DNA of 64,000 nt from Octopus sinensis (taxonomy: Eukaryota), in contig NC_043001.1 in assembly GCF_006345805.1 (NCBI RefSeq), forward strand, positions 31,434,001 through 31,498,000, written 5' to 3'. The notes below the pieces were generated by a model. The model was not told where the DNA came from. It searched no databases and worked only from the letters and a program-made list of their open reading frames with translations. This document shows positions 11,601 to 23,511 of the stretch, in pieces. The position numbers and the translations under genes are program-made. Numbering within the stretch: the first letter of the stretch is position 1; each line of letters opens with the position of its first letter.

Positions 11601-14600
11601 TACCCTGTAGAGTTTTTATTCAGAGATATTGTTCAGCCAGACAGAGTTATTGACCTCTTATAGCTTACAGAGTCCACACAATTCCATGCATTCTAGATAA
11701 ATCTTGGTAAGAAATTCGAGTTTATTGTTTTAGTTTCAGCTCTCTGTAAATAGTCATGACAATTCAGCTATACTACCAATCAATAAAATTATGAATGACA
11801 TATATATATATATATATTTGCATCCCTATAAATATCAAGTCTTCAAACTAAATAAAAAAAACAACATTTTATGCACAATTAATAATTTTAATAGGAAGGG
11901 CATCCAGCTGTAGAAACTCTGCCAGATCAAGATTGGAGCCTGGTGCAGCCATCTGGTTCGCCAGCCCTCAGTCAAAATCGTCCAACCCATGCTAGCATGG
12001 AAAGCGGATGTTAAACGATGATGATAATGATTATGACTGTAGGCACAGGCATGGCTGTGTGGTAAGAAGTTAGTTTTCCAACCACATGCTTTTGGGTTCA
12101 ATCCTACTACTTGACCACAGGTGATGGTTTGTTTACGCCCCCATAACTTAGCAGTTTGGCAAAAGAGTGCAACAGAATAAGTACCAGGTTCAATTCATGT
12201 GACTAAAGACTTTAAAATGGTGCCCCAGCATGGCCACAGTCTAATGACAGAAACAAGTAAATGATAAAAGTTTTAAACTATAAATAAAGCAGTTAAAGGT
12301 TAAAAAAATCCAAAATTTAAAAACCTCTTACCATGGATCCGAACATGATCTCGCATTAATCTTTCGGTTTGGAATTTCTTGTTACAATATGAACACTGGT
12401 AACACTGAACTGAAAAAAGACAACAGAAAGATTGCAGAAATAAAGTGAAATTTCAAAATTTACATCTTTTTAAGTAACTATTTAAAAATCAATCATGATG
12501 TAAGATGATTTCTGAAATAAAAACGACAAGGAGAGTATTACACCTGTGGTAATAGCCATAGGTGTGACTGTCTGCTAAAAAGTTTGCTTCCCAACTACAG
12601 GGTTCAGAGTTCAGTTCCACTGTATGGCACATTGGACAAGTGCCTTCTACTCTCCTACTATAGTCCCGAGCTGATCAAAGCCTTATGATTAGATTTCATA
12701 GATAGAAACCAAAAAGAGCTTATACAGTTCTATATTTAAGAGATGAGGAATTATGTACATTATTTACATTTGACAGATATTTGTCAACTTGTTTGTTGTT
12801 AACACGTTTCAGCTGATATACCTTCCAGCCTTTTTCAGGTGTCTTGGGGAAATTTTGAACCTCGGTTCTCATTCCTAAGGTATTTTTCAAAGTTATTATT
12901 ATTATTATTATTGTTATTATTGCAATTGTTCAGGTCACTGCTTGGAATCGAACTTGGAATCTTGGGGTTAGTAGCCCGTGCTCTTAACCACTATGCCACA
13001 TGGCATAGTGGTTCAGAGCGTGGGCATACAGCATAGTGGTTAAGAGTGCGGGCTACTAACCCCAAGATTCCGAGTTCGGTTCCAAGCAGTGACCTGAACT
13101 ATAATAATAATAACATCGAAAAATACCTTAGGAATGAGAACCCAGGTTCAAAATTTCCTCAAGACACCTGTAGAAGGCTGGAGGGTATATCAGCCGAAAC
13201 GTTGTGTTAGCAACAAACAAGATGAGGACAAATATCCGTCGAATGTAAATAATGAGAAAAGCTTGTCTATATATAGAGGTGTGCATGTGTTACTGTCTCC
13301 TTGACTTAATATTGCGTGCTAGTTGTAAACAAGTATTAACGTCTTGCAAGCAGTGTCCTTTGTTTCCAATCTTCTGTGAAAACATGGTTGGTCATGGGTA
13401 ATATTACCATGCTTGAAAACAGTTGGGGTTGGCAATAGGAAGGGGCTCTGGCCATAGAAAACTCTGCCTCAGCAAAATTCTGTCTGACCCATGCAAGCAT
13501 AGGAAACTGGATGTAAAAAGAATGATGATGATGTGTAAAGTGTTGCTATGTTGAATCACCAACGTGGAAATATTTAGAAGGACTAGTGCTACCATATATA
13601 ACATCTATGCCAGTAATATTTATCATTATAACGGACTAATGGAAATGCTGAGAAAGTTGAGGTAGCTAGGTCTAATACTGAAAATGAATAATCTTTTCTA
13701 TTCTAGGCACAAGGCTTGAAATTTTGGAGGGGGGGGGGGCAGTTAATTAGACCGACCCCAGTATGCAACTGGTACTTAATTTATCGATCCTGAAAAGATG
13801 AAAGGCAAAAATTGACCTCGGCGGAATTTGAACTCAGAACGTAAAGACAGATGAAATACCACTAAGCATTTCACCCGGTGTGCTAACATTTCTGCCAGCT
13901 TGCTGCCTTTCTGAGAATGAATAATGTAAGGATACCTAAAGAGATAGTGGAGTAGGAATCTTCTCGTGGAAAAACAAGTGGTGGGATGTTCTAAGCTGAC
14001 AAGATAAAAATTTATTTTAAAAAATTGTAAGATAGAAGCCTGGAGTAATACGAAACAGAAAATAAACACACAGGATGGACCAATATGCAGCACAGCACAG
14101 GACAGATTAAGGCAGGGATCAGCAACCTATGGCTCGTGAGAACTGATGTCCAATGAGATGTTTTTGAATACAATAAAAGGCCTGCTGTTACATTCTTCCA
14201 TAAATCTTCTGATTCAGTCTACCTAATGTCCACCACCAATCGGATGTGAACACTCTGACAGCAAAAGCACAATTAAAAGTTCGTCATGTACACAGGACTC
14301 TGCACATCATTTCTGCTCACACAACACAAAAATAATAACAATATAATTCTGAAACATTTCTACCCAATCACCACCACTCCTGTGCAAAAAATAGAGAGTC
14401 AACGTGAGCCTGCCGACAGACATAAAAAGAGTGCATTGAAGGGACAATTGTCTCAGTTGGTGTTCTGCCTTCACTCTGTCAATGGCACTCCACCCCACCC
14501 ATCTCTGATTTGTGAAACCAACAATAGCTTACCCCCCACCCACCATCGGTAACTTTCTTGTGCTTGAATTCTTCATTGGGTTCTGTTATATTATTACACA

Positions 14601-17600
14601 TCTCCTCTTCTCCAACAAGAGACTTTTACTGATTTATTTCATTATTTTCCAAATTGAAGCAAAATAAAAACAATTTGAGAACAAGATTAACTGATAATCA
14701 CCTTGATAATATCTTGCTCTTGGCATCAACAAGTTTGAAGCCTAATATTGAGAAGCTTTCAAGGAACAAAAAACATCCAAGTTTTCCATTAATTTTTTGG
14801 CTGCTATGTATTTTAAAGATTTTTTTAAAACAAATGATTCTAATGATGTCTTAAATTGAATAAATAATATTTTTCCATTACTACATTCATCTGTGGTTTA
14901 TACAAATCATTTTTAAGTATAGTCAGCACTCGTGATTAAATTTTAGCTTGTGTAATTTTCCATAATTATTCTTTTATGGCCTTTGTCCAGCCTGCTATCC
15001 ATCATTAATATTCAATCTGGCCCATGGAGGCAAAGAAGTTGCCAACCCTAGCACAAAAAATAGACTATGTAAAAAAAAAGTTAAAAATCTGACTAATTTA
15101 TACAACATACAACTGTTTCTTCTTGAGTCACGCCTGGCTCATAAGGGCCAGTTTCTTTGGCGTATAAGTTGCCCACTGGGACGGGGCACCGGTCCATCGC
15201 AGGTAAGCTGCAAGATGCAGGAGGAAAGAGTGAGAGAAAGTTGTGGCGAAAGAGTCAGCAGAAGTTCGCCATTACTTTCTGCCGGAGCCGCGTGGAGCTT
15301 AGGTGTTTCGCTCATAAACACACACATCGCCCGGTCTGAGATTTGAACCCACGATCCCACCGCTCTAACCACAAGGCCATGTGCCTCCACTACATACAAC
15401 TGTGATTTATTCTAACTAAAATAATTCATTTCCAGTTGAAGATGATTAAGACAGCAAACATGAAAGATGCAATATGAAAATGGATTTGAAAACTTTTGAA
15501 TACATAGTCTGTAATTCACAGGATTTGATAACTGACAGTAATCCATTAAATAATTTCTTCAATATCAACAGCTGCTGGTATTACACAAATTCTCAGTTTA
15601 ACATGAAGGTCAAGACATTAAACATCAATAATCCACTTTAACAGCAAAAAAAAGGTTTATATGCCAACTTCTTAAAATATCAAATAACGTTTAAGTCGGT
15701 TTGAGAAACCATTCAACATAATAGTTTTATTAGAGACATGAATCAGTCTTGGGAAGAATAGAGTCACTCAGCTGAATGAATATGAACTGAATAAAGTAAA
15801 CAGAAAGTAGAAGAATGGAAAACTTTGTATATGGACAAAGACTTCAGTTACAAGATAGAAAACATGACAACAGCTGTTGATGACATGCTTTAAAATATTA
15901 GAATATAAATCTATATAGAAAAACTTAATTGTGTGCTCTCTCCCTCTATCATATATATATATTATCATCATTAGTAAGCTTCCATATCTTACGCTGGCCT
16001 AAGTTGAACAGGATGACAAGATGCAACAGGTCAGAGGACTGCGGTGAGATCCAATGTATTTTGACATGGTTTCTACAGTTGGAGGGCCAACCATTTTACA
16101 AAGTCTACTGGCTACTTTTTCATGTCACTATCACAAGTGAGGTTGCCAAGTAGCTTGCAAGACAAGACTCCCTGATTGAGGGGGAAAGGGGGGATTTGGT
16201 AGAGAGAAGTGGCTTATGGAAAAAGTCCATCATGCGTTTGTGTGTTCCTCTTGTCTGGATGTGTGAGCTGATTGTTAACAAAGAATGAACATTCTTGCAG
16301 TGTTATTTGTTTGCAATTCTACATGAAATTAACAGGATGTTCATTGTTCATTAGATGAGGGAAAAATACTGCTTTACCTGGAAAAACAGGTGAGGGTTGG
16401 ATACAGAAGGGGCATCCACTCGTAAAAATAAATATTTGCTTCAAGAAAGATATTATCTGACCAATGCAAGCATGGAAAAGTGGATGTTAAAATGATGTTG
16501 ATGATTATGTTACTTGTAGTTATTTCAACGCAAACCTATTACATTCACGTAAGCACAAACTGCTTGAAGAGTTTAAGGATACAATGCATTGCATGGGTTT
16601 ATATACAAAAGCCACTCGACCAAGCAGAATTATTGTACTCTGCTATTTTAATAGGTAATCATCATCATTGTATAATATCCGCTTTCCATGCTAGCATGGG
16701 TTGGATGATTTCATAGAGGACTGGTGAACCAGATGGCTGCACCAGGCTCCAATCTTGATCTGGCAGACTTTCTACAGCTGGATGCCCTTCCTAATGCCAA
16801 CAACTCCGAGAGTATAGTGAGTGCTTTTACATGCCACCAGCACGAGGGCCAGTCAGGCAGTACTGGCAATGGCAACAACCTCACTTGAATGTTTTTTCCC
16901 GTGCCACCGGCACAAATGCCAGTAATGCAACACTGGTAACAATCATGCTTGAATGGTGCTTTTTACGTGCCACCGGCACGAGGGCCGGTCAGGTGGTACT
17001 GGCAATGGCCATGCTCAAATGGTGTTTTTTACGTGCCACCTGCACAGGAGCCAGTCCAGCAGCACAGGCAACGACCTCACTCGAATGTTTTTTTCACGTG
17101 CCACCAGCACAAATGCCAGTGAGGCGACGCTGGTAACAATCACGCTCGAATGGTGCTTTTTATGTGCCACCAGCATGGAAGCCAGTTAGCCGCTTGGATG
17201 GTGCTCTTAGCACTCCACTAGCACGGAAGTCATTGAAACCATATGAAAGACAGTGAGTAGACTATGATTATGCATGTTTCTGTGGCATGTGGTTGTAATT
17301 ATAGGCAAGTTAAGGATACCAATAATTTGAAATATAAACGAAAGAGAACAGAAAAATCCATGAATATTTTCAGAAATGAAATAGTATCACAAAAGGGGAG
17401 AATAGCATACACAGAGAAAATACTGACAAAGTATATAAATATGCTTAAACTATTGTAGGACAAATTGTCTGATAAGACAATGCAGAAGAAAACAAAAACA
17501 TATAGATAGTCCTTAGATCAACAACAGGATTAGAAAATGTCTATTGAAAAAAATTCACTACATAGAGAATTTGCTAAGTATAGAACTACAAAGGCAAGGA

Positions 17601-20600
17601 AGAAGTCTATAAAAATAAGTTGGCTAAAACTTGAAAAGGACTCTCCGGCTCATCAGCTCCAGTCAAACTGTCTAACCTATGCCAGCATGGAGAGTGAATG
17701 TTAAATAATGATGAATGAAAACATAAAAGATATTATGGAACAAGTGCAGCATTATTAGAAATTGGAAATGTCAGAATCATTAGCAAGCTGGACAAAATAC
17801 TTAGTTGGTATTTCTTCCAGCTTTAGATTCTGAGTTCAAATTCTACCAAGGCCAACTTTGCATTTCATCTTTTTGGGGTTGATAAAAAAAAGTACCAGCT
17901 GCCAAAATTTGAAACCATTTCTAGAAACTCAAGTTAACCTCAATATTTTACTGAAGAGATCACAAATATGGGAGGTAATGTTTCAATATTATATTAAATT
18001 CTTTGTAAGTGTGGGACCAAAATTAGCAGAGGAAGTCAATGGCCCAGAAACCAAACAGGGGACTGATGAGGATTATGGGGAAAGAAAAGAAAATTACAAC
18101 TGATGTTGTGTATCTTTCTGAGCAGGTTGGTATATGTTCCATCTAGTTGTTTTTCTATGAGAACCAATAAGGTCCAAGTCTCTGATTGATAGAGAAGGAC
18201 CGGCTCCTTCAGTGTTCTAAATATTTTAACTTTTAATGAAGGTGGAAGGGTTGAGTGTCAGATCTTATCAAGTCTGTTACATGCATCCCAAGCATGACAG
18301 TATTAGTAAATGGAGGAACAAAAGGTATGGGACCAGACGGGTTGAATTTCACTAGATGAGTTTAAGAAACCAACAACAAATTAAGTTAGGTGAGCAAAAG
18401 TCAACATGTATTACTTTAAAATACCTCAAGGATCAGTATTAGACCCCAATGGTTCATTTAACTTTGTATGTTAACCCTTTAGCATTTAAACCAGTCATAT
18501 TTGGCCTAAATATTCCACTTATTTTATGTTCAAACGGGCCAGATCCAGCCTCTCACACCTACCATACAATGTCATTCTAAAAATAAGTAATCACATCATT
18601 GAAATCTCAAAGTTACAAGATAATGCATGATTAATTCAAAGCAATGTGAATAAATAAGCATTACATTTGATAGAGAAATCTGAATGCTAAAAGATTAAAT
18701 TTACAAAGTTAAAAAAACATCACCATCAGGCGCAGGAGTGGCTGTGTGGTAAGTAGCTTGTTTACCAACCTCATGGGTCCGGGTTCAGTCCCACTGCGTG
18801 GCACCTTGGGCAAGTGTCTTCTACTATAGCCTTGGGCCGACCAAAGCCTTGTGAGTGGATTTGGTAGACGGAAACTGAAAGAAGCCCGTCGTATATATGT
18901 ATGTGTGTGTGTGTTTGTGTGTCTGTGTTTGTCCCCCTAGCATTGCTTGACAACCGATGCTGGTGTGTATATGTCCCCGTTACTTAGCAGTTCGGCAAAA
19001 GAGACCGATAGAATAAGTACTAGGCTTACAAAAGAATAAGTCCTGGGGTCAAGTTGCTCGATTAAAGGCGGTGCTCCAGCATGGCCGCAGTCAAATGACT
19101 GAAACAAGTAAAAGAAAAAAGAGTATCTATTGTCAGGATTTCTGTCAAAAACACCAATATGGTCTTGCTAATCTTAACAGCTGATAGTGGTGTGAAAATG
19201 TGGAATACACTTTATGGCAATGAAGATACAGGTGATAGAAGAGTGAAGGCATGAATAAACAGCAAATTAAAGGTATGGTTAGTTACTGGATAGCTTAAAC
19301 AGAAATTTAAGCTATAGAAGGTGTGTTGCTTGAACTAACCTGTCAGTTGTTCAATTGTAGCAAGAAAACTGAGTAAACACCAGCTTACCATCCTTTTGCC
19401 GTTCAAGATGGTCAAAGAATTTTGTTCGACTTGAAAACAGCCCACCGCAATTCGGACAAGCAACTAACTTTTGTTGAGTGTGACTCCTGAGGTGTTCACG
19501 TAGCTTATGCTTGCTTTTAACGTTAACATCACATCCTATAAAAAGAGAGAAAAAAAAAATTATTTTCAGAAACTACAACTTCAAAAGAAAAAAAAGGAAA
19601 TTACAAAGGTTAACATTGATTTAACCAGCATAAACACAGGCTGATCTATTATAAATGTGTGTGTGTCTGTGTGAATGAATTTTAATTTAGTGTTTTTAAA
19701 GTAGCTTCGAGTGTGGCTGGTATTGTAGGGCAAGAAACATGTAACTAGCAAACATATGAAAAAAATTGTTTTCAATTCCCAAATTAAGGCAGTTTAATTT
19801 ATTCACATCGCTAATATCTTTGAGAATGGCATGAACAACAGTCATTAAGCTGTTCTTAATAAATTTCTTGCATGTGTTCAAGAAAGAAATCAAAAATGGT
19901 TTTGAACATAACATATTTCAAATGAAATTTTTTGTCATTTTGAGATTAAAAAAAAAATCTAAATATTGATGGACTTAATCAGATAAAATAATCAATATTA
20001 CCTTCCCACTGGCAAGCACAGCCTCCTTTTAAATTGTTCCCATTTGGAAAGCTATCAGCATGAAAATCTACATGTCGATAAAAGAATTCTGGATTATCAT
20101 ATACAGCCTACAAAAAAAAAAAGGTTAATAATGTAAAAAATATTCATGTTGTAATCATTATGACCTAATTTTGCAATAGTAAGAAGAAAAAAAAACAAAC
20201 AATTTTCATATAATGTATCTAGGTCAAGTCCACATCTTCCTCCAAACTATACTCATGAAACATTTCTCAATTTTACAGTGCAACTGATGCTTACAGCAGG
20301 ATATGTTTTCTGTTTTGCAATATGAGTGGACTAAGTCATTTGAGCCATAAATGATCACAATTACAAAATAGGATATGAATTGTCGACTTTTCAAGTAATA
20401 GTCAACCAAAAAGGCTACACTTTTGTTGGCACTAACCTAATAGTATTTTAGCTGCTGTCTACTCAAAAATATTTTTATAGTACATCCATAGCATTAAAAT
20501 GAGAATACAGTTTAATGTAGGGAAACAAATAGACATATGTATTGGTAACAAATCTCTATATTCTCCATAATCATCATCATCCTTCGACACCACTATGGTT

Positions 20601-23511
20601 GGTTGGAACTCCATTGACAATACCTTTCTACACTACATGGTCCTGCATTGCTGTGTTCAGATCTCTAATATCCAGTCCTGAATGCCAATATATAGTATCT
20701 GGAAATGTCAGTTTCCTGGAGAAAACACTTCCAGAGCGATGCCATAGGAGCAGAGATGAGAAAGCTTCTTTCTTTGTTAGATGACAGTGACCAGCAAATT
20801 GCAGCCGTTTCTGCTCTAGCTTGAAGGATATTGGTATCAGATTTCCAAAGATGTCAATAAGTGCTGGGTGTGATCTCCAACTGATGTTGTGTATCTTTCT
20901 GAGCAGGTTGGTATATGTTCCATCTAGTTGTTTTTCTAAGAGAACCAATAAGGTCCAGGTCTATGATCCATAGAGAAGGACCAATTCAATCAATGTCCTA
21001 AATATTCTAACTTTTAACATGGGTGGAAGGTTCAAGTATCAGATCTTATCAAGTCTGTTACATGCACCCCAAGCAAGAACTTTGCGGATGCGAAAGTCCT
21101 TTTGAGAGTCTATTATGTGTGATATAAGATATTTGAAGTCGTCAATGTTTTAAATATATTATTGAGCAATTTAAGTTCAGTTAACTTGAAGGAGGTCGTG
21201 ATAAACTGTCTTACTCTCATTGCAGTAAAGGCTGACCTGGTTTGCTGCTTTCTCCAGTGCTTGTAACAAAGATTCTGCATCTTTAATACAATGGGATATC
21301 AAGGCAAGATGGTCAGCAAAGTCAAGATCAGTTAAATATTGTGCACAACAATGCTAACTGCTCTGGTGGAGTTTCAAAAGGAGTCCCTTTCCCTCAATAA
21401 CTCTAGGAGTGGGAGGGAAACAAGCACAGACACAAAGACAGGCTTCTTTCAGTTACCATTTATTAAATCCACACAGAAGGGTTTGGCCTGCCTGAAGCTA
21501 TAGAAGACACCTCCCTAAGGTATCACACTATAGGACTGAGCCCAGAACCTCGTGATTTGGAAGCTAACTTCTTACCACACAGCCATACTTGCACATTTAT
21601 ATTTTACCTATATTTTCCAATAAAAATGAGTGTTTTCATTTCATATTTAAAATGTGTTTGAATTAGCCATCTCATGTACAAATCAATTTTTTAAGCCACA
21701 TAAATATTCCACTCTTTTTAATGAATTTGGGGAGCATTTGAATAAATAAATCGACATCATAAAAAGAAAATGACATAACTACACCAAACAATAACTTTGA
21801 TTACATTAAAATATAAAATGCTTCAATTTATTAAAATATGAACAATATTGAGAGCTTACCCCACAATGAGTCCATCCACATTGTAGGCATTCAGGTAAAT
21901 CTGGTATTAAGTTACAGCTCTGGCCATCTAGTGTGCATGCATGTAATTCAAGGTTTTTTACTAACATGCTACCAATACATTTAATCTTTGTGTGGAATGC
22001 ATGGAAGAAAACATGTCGTGTGTAGTCTGATATATGTCCAATAACAGCAACATCACAGTTTCGCCATTTACAGTTGAAGCAGCCAAGCACTAGAAAGAGA
22101 GAAAAATTTATTTAAAAAAAAAAACTGGAATTTATTTACATCAACATATGAAAAACTTTTGAGCAAGAATGCAAGCTGTTTATTTAGTCGATGTCAACAG
22201 TATGTGCTGCTTCAGATTTCTCTTATTTTTACCCTGTTCATTAACCAAACCTCTTTCTTTTTAGGTAATTACTTACTTGTACTTGTGAAGGCGTTCACCC
22301 AGGGCGGGTTGAGCCGGCTTCTACTCTGGTCCGGATGGCATCACGAACCATGGCGGCCCACGCTCGACGATCCTGTGCGAGGTCACTGGAGATAGCGAGC
22401 CATTCGCGGTTCCATCTGCGCAGACTGACCACCTGCGGACCTGAGAGTTCGGAGAGGCCCTCCTATTTTTAGGTAATACTGAGAATCAACTGTCTTATTC
22501 ACATAAAAACATTCAATTTCAGCATATGAAACACAAGTGTAAACATCCCTCATCATCTGGATTAGCAGCAGTAATAATTCATAACACTAGCCTAAACTAT
22601 TTAATCATATTTCCAATTCTAGGAAAGCCTTAAAAACTACTGCGACACTCAGAATAACAGCAAAAATGTTTATTACTTGGTTAACAAAGGGAAGAATAAA
22701 ACCAAAGAGGATCAAATGCATGTATCCATTTCCTTTCTAACCATTGTTTTATTAGCACTAGTACTCTTTTACTGGTTTCATCATTTGACTGCGGCCATGC
22801 TGGAGCACCGCCTTTAGTCGAGCAAATCGACCCCAGGACTTATTCTTTGTAAGCCTAGTACTTATTCTATCGGTCTCTTTAGCCGAACCGCTAAGTTACG
22901 GGGACGTAAACACACCAGCATCGGTTGTCAAGCGATGTTGGGAGGGACAAACACAGACACAAACATATATGTGTATACATAAATACGACGGGCTTCTTTC
23001 AGTTTCCGTCTACCAAATCCACTCACAAGACTTTGGTCGGCCTGAGACTATAGTAGAAGACACTTGCCCAGAACCCAGAACCATGTGGTTCATAAGCAAG
23101 CTACTTACCACACAGCCACTCCTAGTATTAACTTCTTTTCACTAAACAGTGCTAATATAGTCAAGAGGCACATTTAACAGAATCAGCCAAAGTACATTAC
23201 TAGTACTGCATTATTCACCTTGAAAGATGAACAGCAACTTGCACAGGATAAAAATAATTTCAAGACTAAATACTGTGAAGACATCTGTAGAGTGCTCTGC
23301 TATTTCTACAAGTTTATTAATTAGAATCTACTCTATACTGACCTTGTTCTGGAGGAGTTACACTACTTAGTAAAGTGGTGAGGTGTTCAGAGAGGTGTTT
23401 GATGAATTTCTCCATCTCGTTAGTGACAAACTGGCACTCTTGCCATTCACATGGCAGATCAAGAAACCGAGGGTTAACCGGAACGATGCTGGAGGTTTTT
23501 TTGGGTGGCAT
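1382..23511 (-). CDS. HINFP: Histone H4 transcription factor (HINFP/MIZF), multi-C2H2 zinc finger protein, 9 coding exons, 477 aa
   Basis: Exons 23343-23511, 21860-22089, 20002-20107, 19389-19535, 12332-12409, 10509-10629, 8962-9097, 5503-5627 and 1382-1703 splice GT-AG in phase to 1434 nt. Family motifs: [55 protein letters not shown] and C-terminal PSGYSRFRY...[13 protein letters not shown]. Confidence 0.93.
1891..2102. mobile_element. piggyBac-type MITE family P1
   Basis: TTAA-CCCTTTTGTTAC start and TTAA end; inverted homolog at 4785-5004. Confidence 0.75.
2268..2800 (+). mobile_element. SINE with family-A head but RTE-type (GAT)n tail
   Basis: Head matches family A; 3' part 'ggggttggcaactggaaaggtatccagccatagaaaa...caagcatgaaa...gatgatg'. 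Related copy at 12560-13532, interrupted. Confidence 0.65.
2934..4620 (-). mobile_element. 5'-truncated CR1-clade non-LTR retrotransposon (reverse transcriptase pseudogene)
   Basis: [37 protein letters not shown] and C-terminal [17 protein letters not shown]. Two frameshifts (~3650-3670, ~3380); catalytic D->N in YLNFAK; (CAAT)n tail at 2934-2960. Confidence 0.93.
4785..5004. mobile_element. piggyBac-type MITE family P1
   Basis: Perfect TTAA-CCCTTTTGTTAC ... GTAACAAAAGGG-TTAA termini. Confidence 0.85.
5503..5627 (-). CDS. HINFP: HINFP coding exon 8 ([41 protein letters not shown])
   Basis: CAG acceptor, GTAATT donor; last finger plus start of the HINFP-specific conserved region. The reading frame differs from the listed ORF 5480..5662. 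Confidence 0.92.
5775..6598 (+). mobile_element. RTE-clade LINE 3' end (ORF C-terminus, repeat-containing 3' UTR, (GAT)n tail)
   Basis: Plus-strand translation [25 protein letters not shown]...DWDLWKYAV, continuous with the abundant 'ggagtggttggcattaggaagggcatccagc...' element. Confidence 0.8.
7503..7835 (-). mobile_element. tRNA-derived SINE family C
   Basis: tRNA-like head at the right end and core 'cttgagcaagac.ctttatttcacgttgctccagt'. Plus-strand copy at 57312-57608; related head/core at 31796-32078. Confidence 0.8.
8468..8892 (+). mobile_element. tRNA-derived SINE family A (internal TA/TG microsatellite, CR1-like tail)
   Basis: A/B-box head 'ggagtggctgtgtggtaag...gggttcagtccc' and tail 'cagcatggcc...gtcaaatgactgaaac'; more than 10 copies in the window. 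Confidence 0.9.
8962..9097 (-). CDS. HINFP: HINFP coding exon 7 ([45 protein letters not shown])
   Basis: TAG acceptor, GTCAGT donor; phase 2 in, phase 0 out. Confidence 0.9.
10509..10629 (-). CDS. HINFP: HINFP coding exon 6 ([39 protein letters not shown])
   Basis: TAG acceptor, GTGAGC donor; [11 protein letters not shown] motif. Confidence 0.93.
10885..11208 (+). mobile_element. RTE-3'UTR-type repeat with internal ~55-60 bp repeats
   Basis: Repeated 'ggtggcatgtaaaaagcacc' units followed by the conserved 3' end and (GAT)n. Confidence 0.8.
12332..12409 (-). CDS. HINFP: HINFP coding exon 5 ([25 protein letters not shown])
   Basis: CAG acceptor, GTAAGA donor; 78 nt, phase 1-1; one C2H2 finger. 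Confidence 0.92.
12758..13254. mobile_element. Palindromic tRNA-headed element with Penelope-type hammerhead motifs, nested in a SINE
   Basis: Arms of ~225-240 bp (12758-12996 and 13031-13254). Each has an A/B-box tRNA-like head facing outward from the centre, an (AAT)n tract and CTG.A.A-GGCTG...CAGCY-GAAAC. Confidence 0.75.
14113..15050 (+). mobile_element. Internally deleted hAT (Charlie/SPIN-like) transposon remnant
   Basis: Imperfect TIRs CAGGGATCAGCAAC / GTTGCCAACCCTA and hAT dimerization-domain remnant [27 protein letters not shown]; no clear TSD. Confidence 0.65.
15118..15390 (-). mobile_element. tRNA-derived SINE family D; relative at 38608-38877 (+)
   Basis: Shared 'gagcgaaa(a)cacctaa(a)gctccacg.ggctccg' core after a tRNA-like head; the tails differ. 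Confidence 0.7.
16658..17230 (-). mobile_element. RTE-3'UTR-type repeat with internal tandem units
   Basis: Reverse complement of 6230-6598 with additional 'ttttacgtgccaccggcac' units. Confidence 0.8.
18471..18698. mobile_element. piggyBac-type MITE family P2
   Basis: TTAA-CCCTTTAGCATT ... AATGCTAAAAGA-TTAA. Confidence 0.75.
18729..19125 (+). mobile_element. SINE family A, full length
   Basis: Near-consensus copy. Confidence 0.9.
19389..19535 (-). CDS. HINFP: HINFP coding exon 4 ([48 protein letters not shown])
   Basis: TAG acceptor, GTAAGC donor; hallmark HINFP finger pair. Confidence 0.93.
20002..20107 (-). CDS. HINFP: HINFP coding exon 3 ([35 protein letters not shown])
   Basis: TAG acceptor after a T-run, donor GTAATA; FYRHV..H motif. 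Too short for the ORF track. Confidence 0.9.
20568..21400 (-). mobile_element. Degenerate RTE-clade LINE fragment (RT C-terminal part)
   Basis: [43 protein letters not shown]; (GAT)n tail. A shorter copy lies at ~18103-18300. Confidence 0.8.
21860..22089 (-). CDS. HINFP: HINFP coding exon 2 ([11 protein letters not shown]...[15 protein letters not shown]...CGWTHCG)
   Basis: Pyrimidine tract plus TAG acceptor, donor GTAAGC; phase 1 in, phase 0 out. Confidence 0.92.
22270..22465 (-). mobile_element. Young 5'-truncated RTE insertion with 12-bp TSD
   Basis: Minus-strand ORF end [56 protein letters not shown]-repeat tail, TSD TTTTTAGGTAAT at 22258-22269 and 22466-22477. Confidence 0.85.
22763..23123 (-). 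mobile_element. SINE family A
   Basis: Reverse-complement copy with a small deletion in the head. Confidence 0.9.
23343..23511 (-). CDS. HINFP: HINFP coding exon 1 (MPPKKTSS...[27 protein letters not shown]...PPEQ)
   Basis: ATG at 23511, upstream CAG acceptor at 23522-23524, donor GTCAGT after 23343 (phase 1), first C2H2 finger. Confidence 0.88.
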
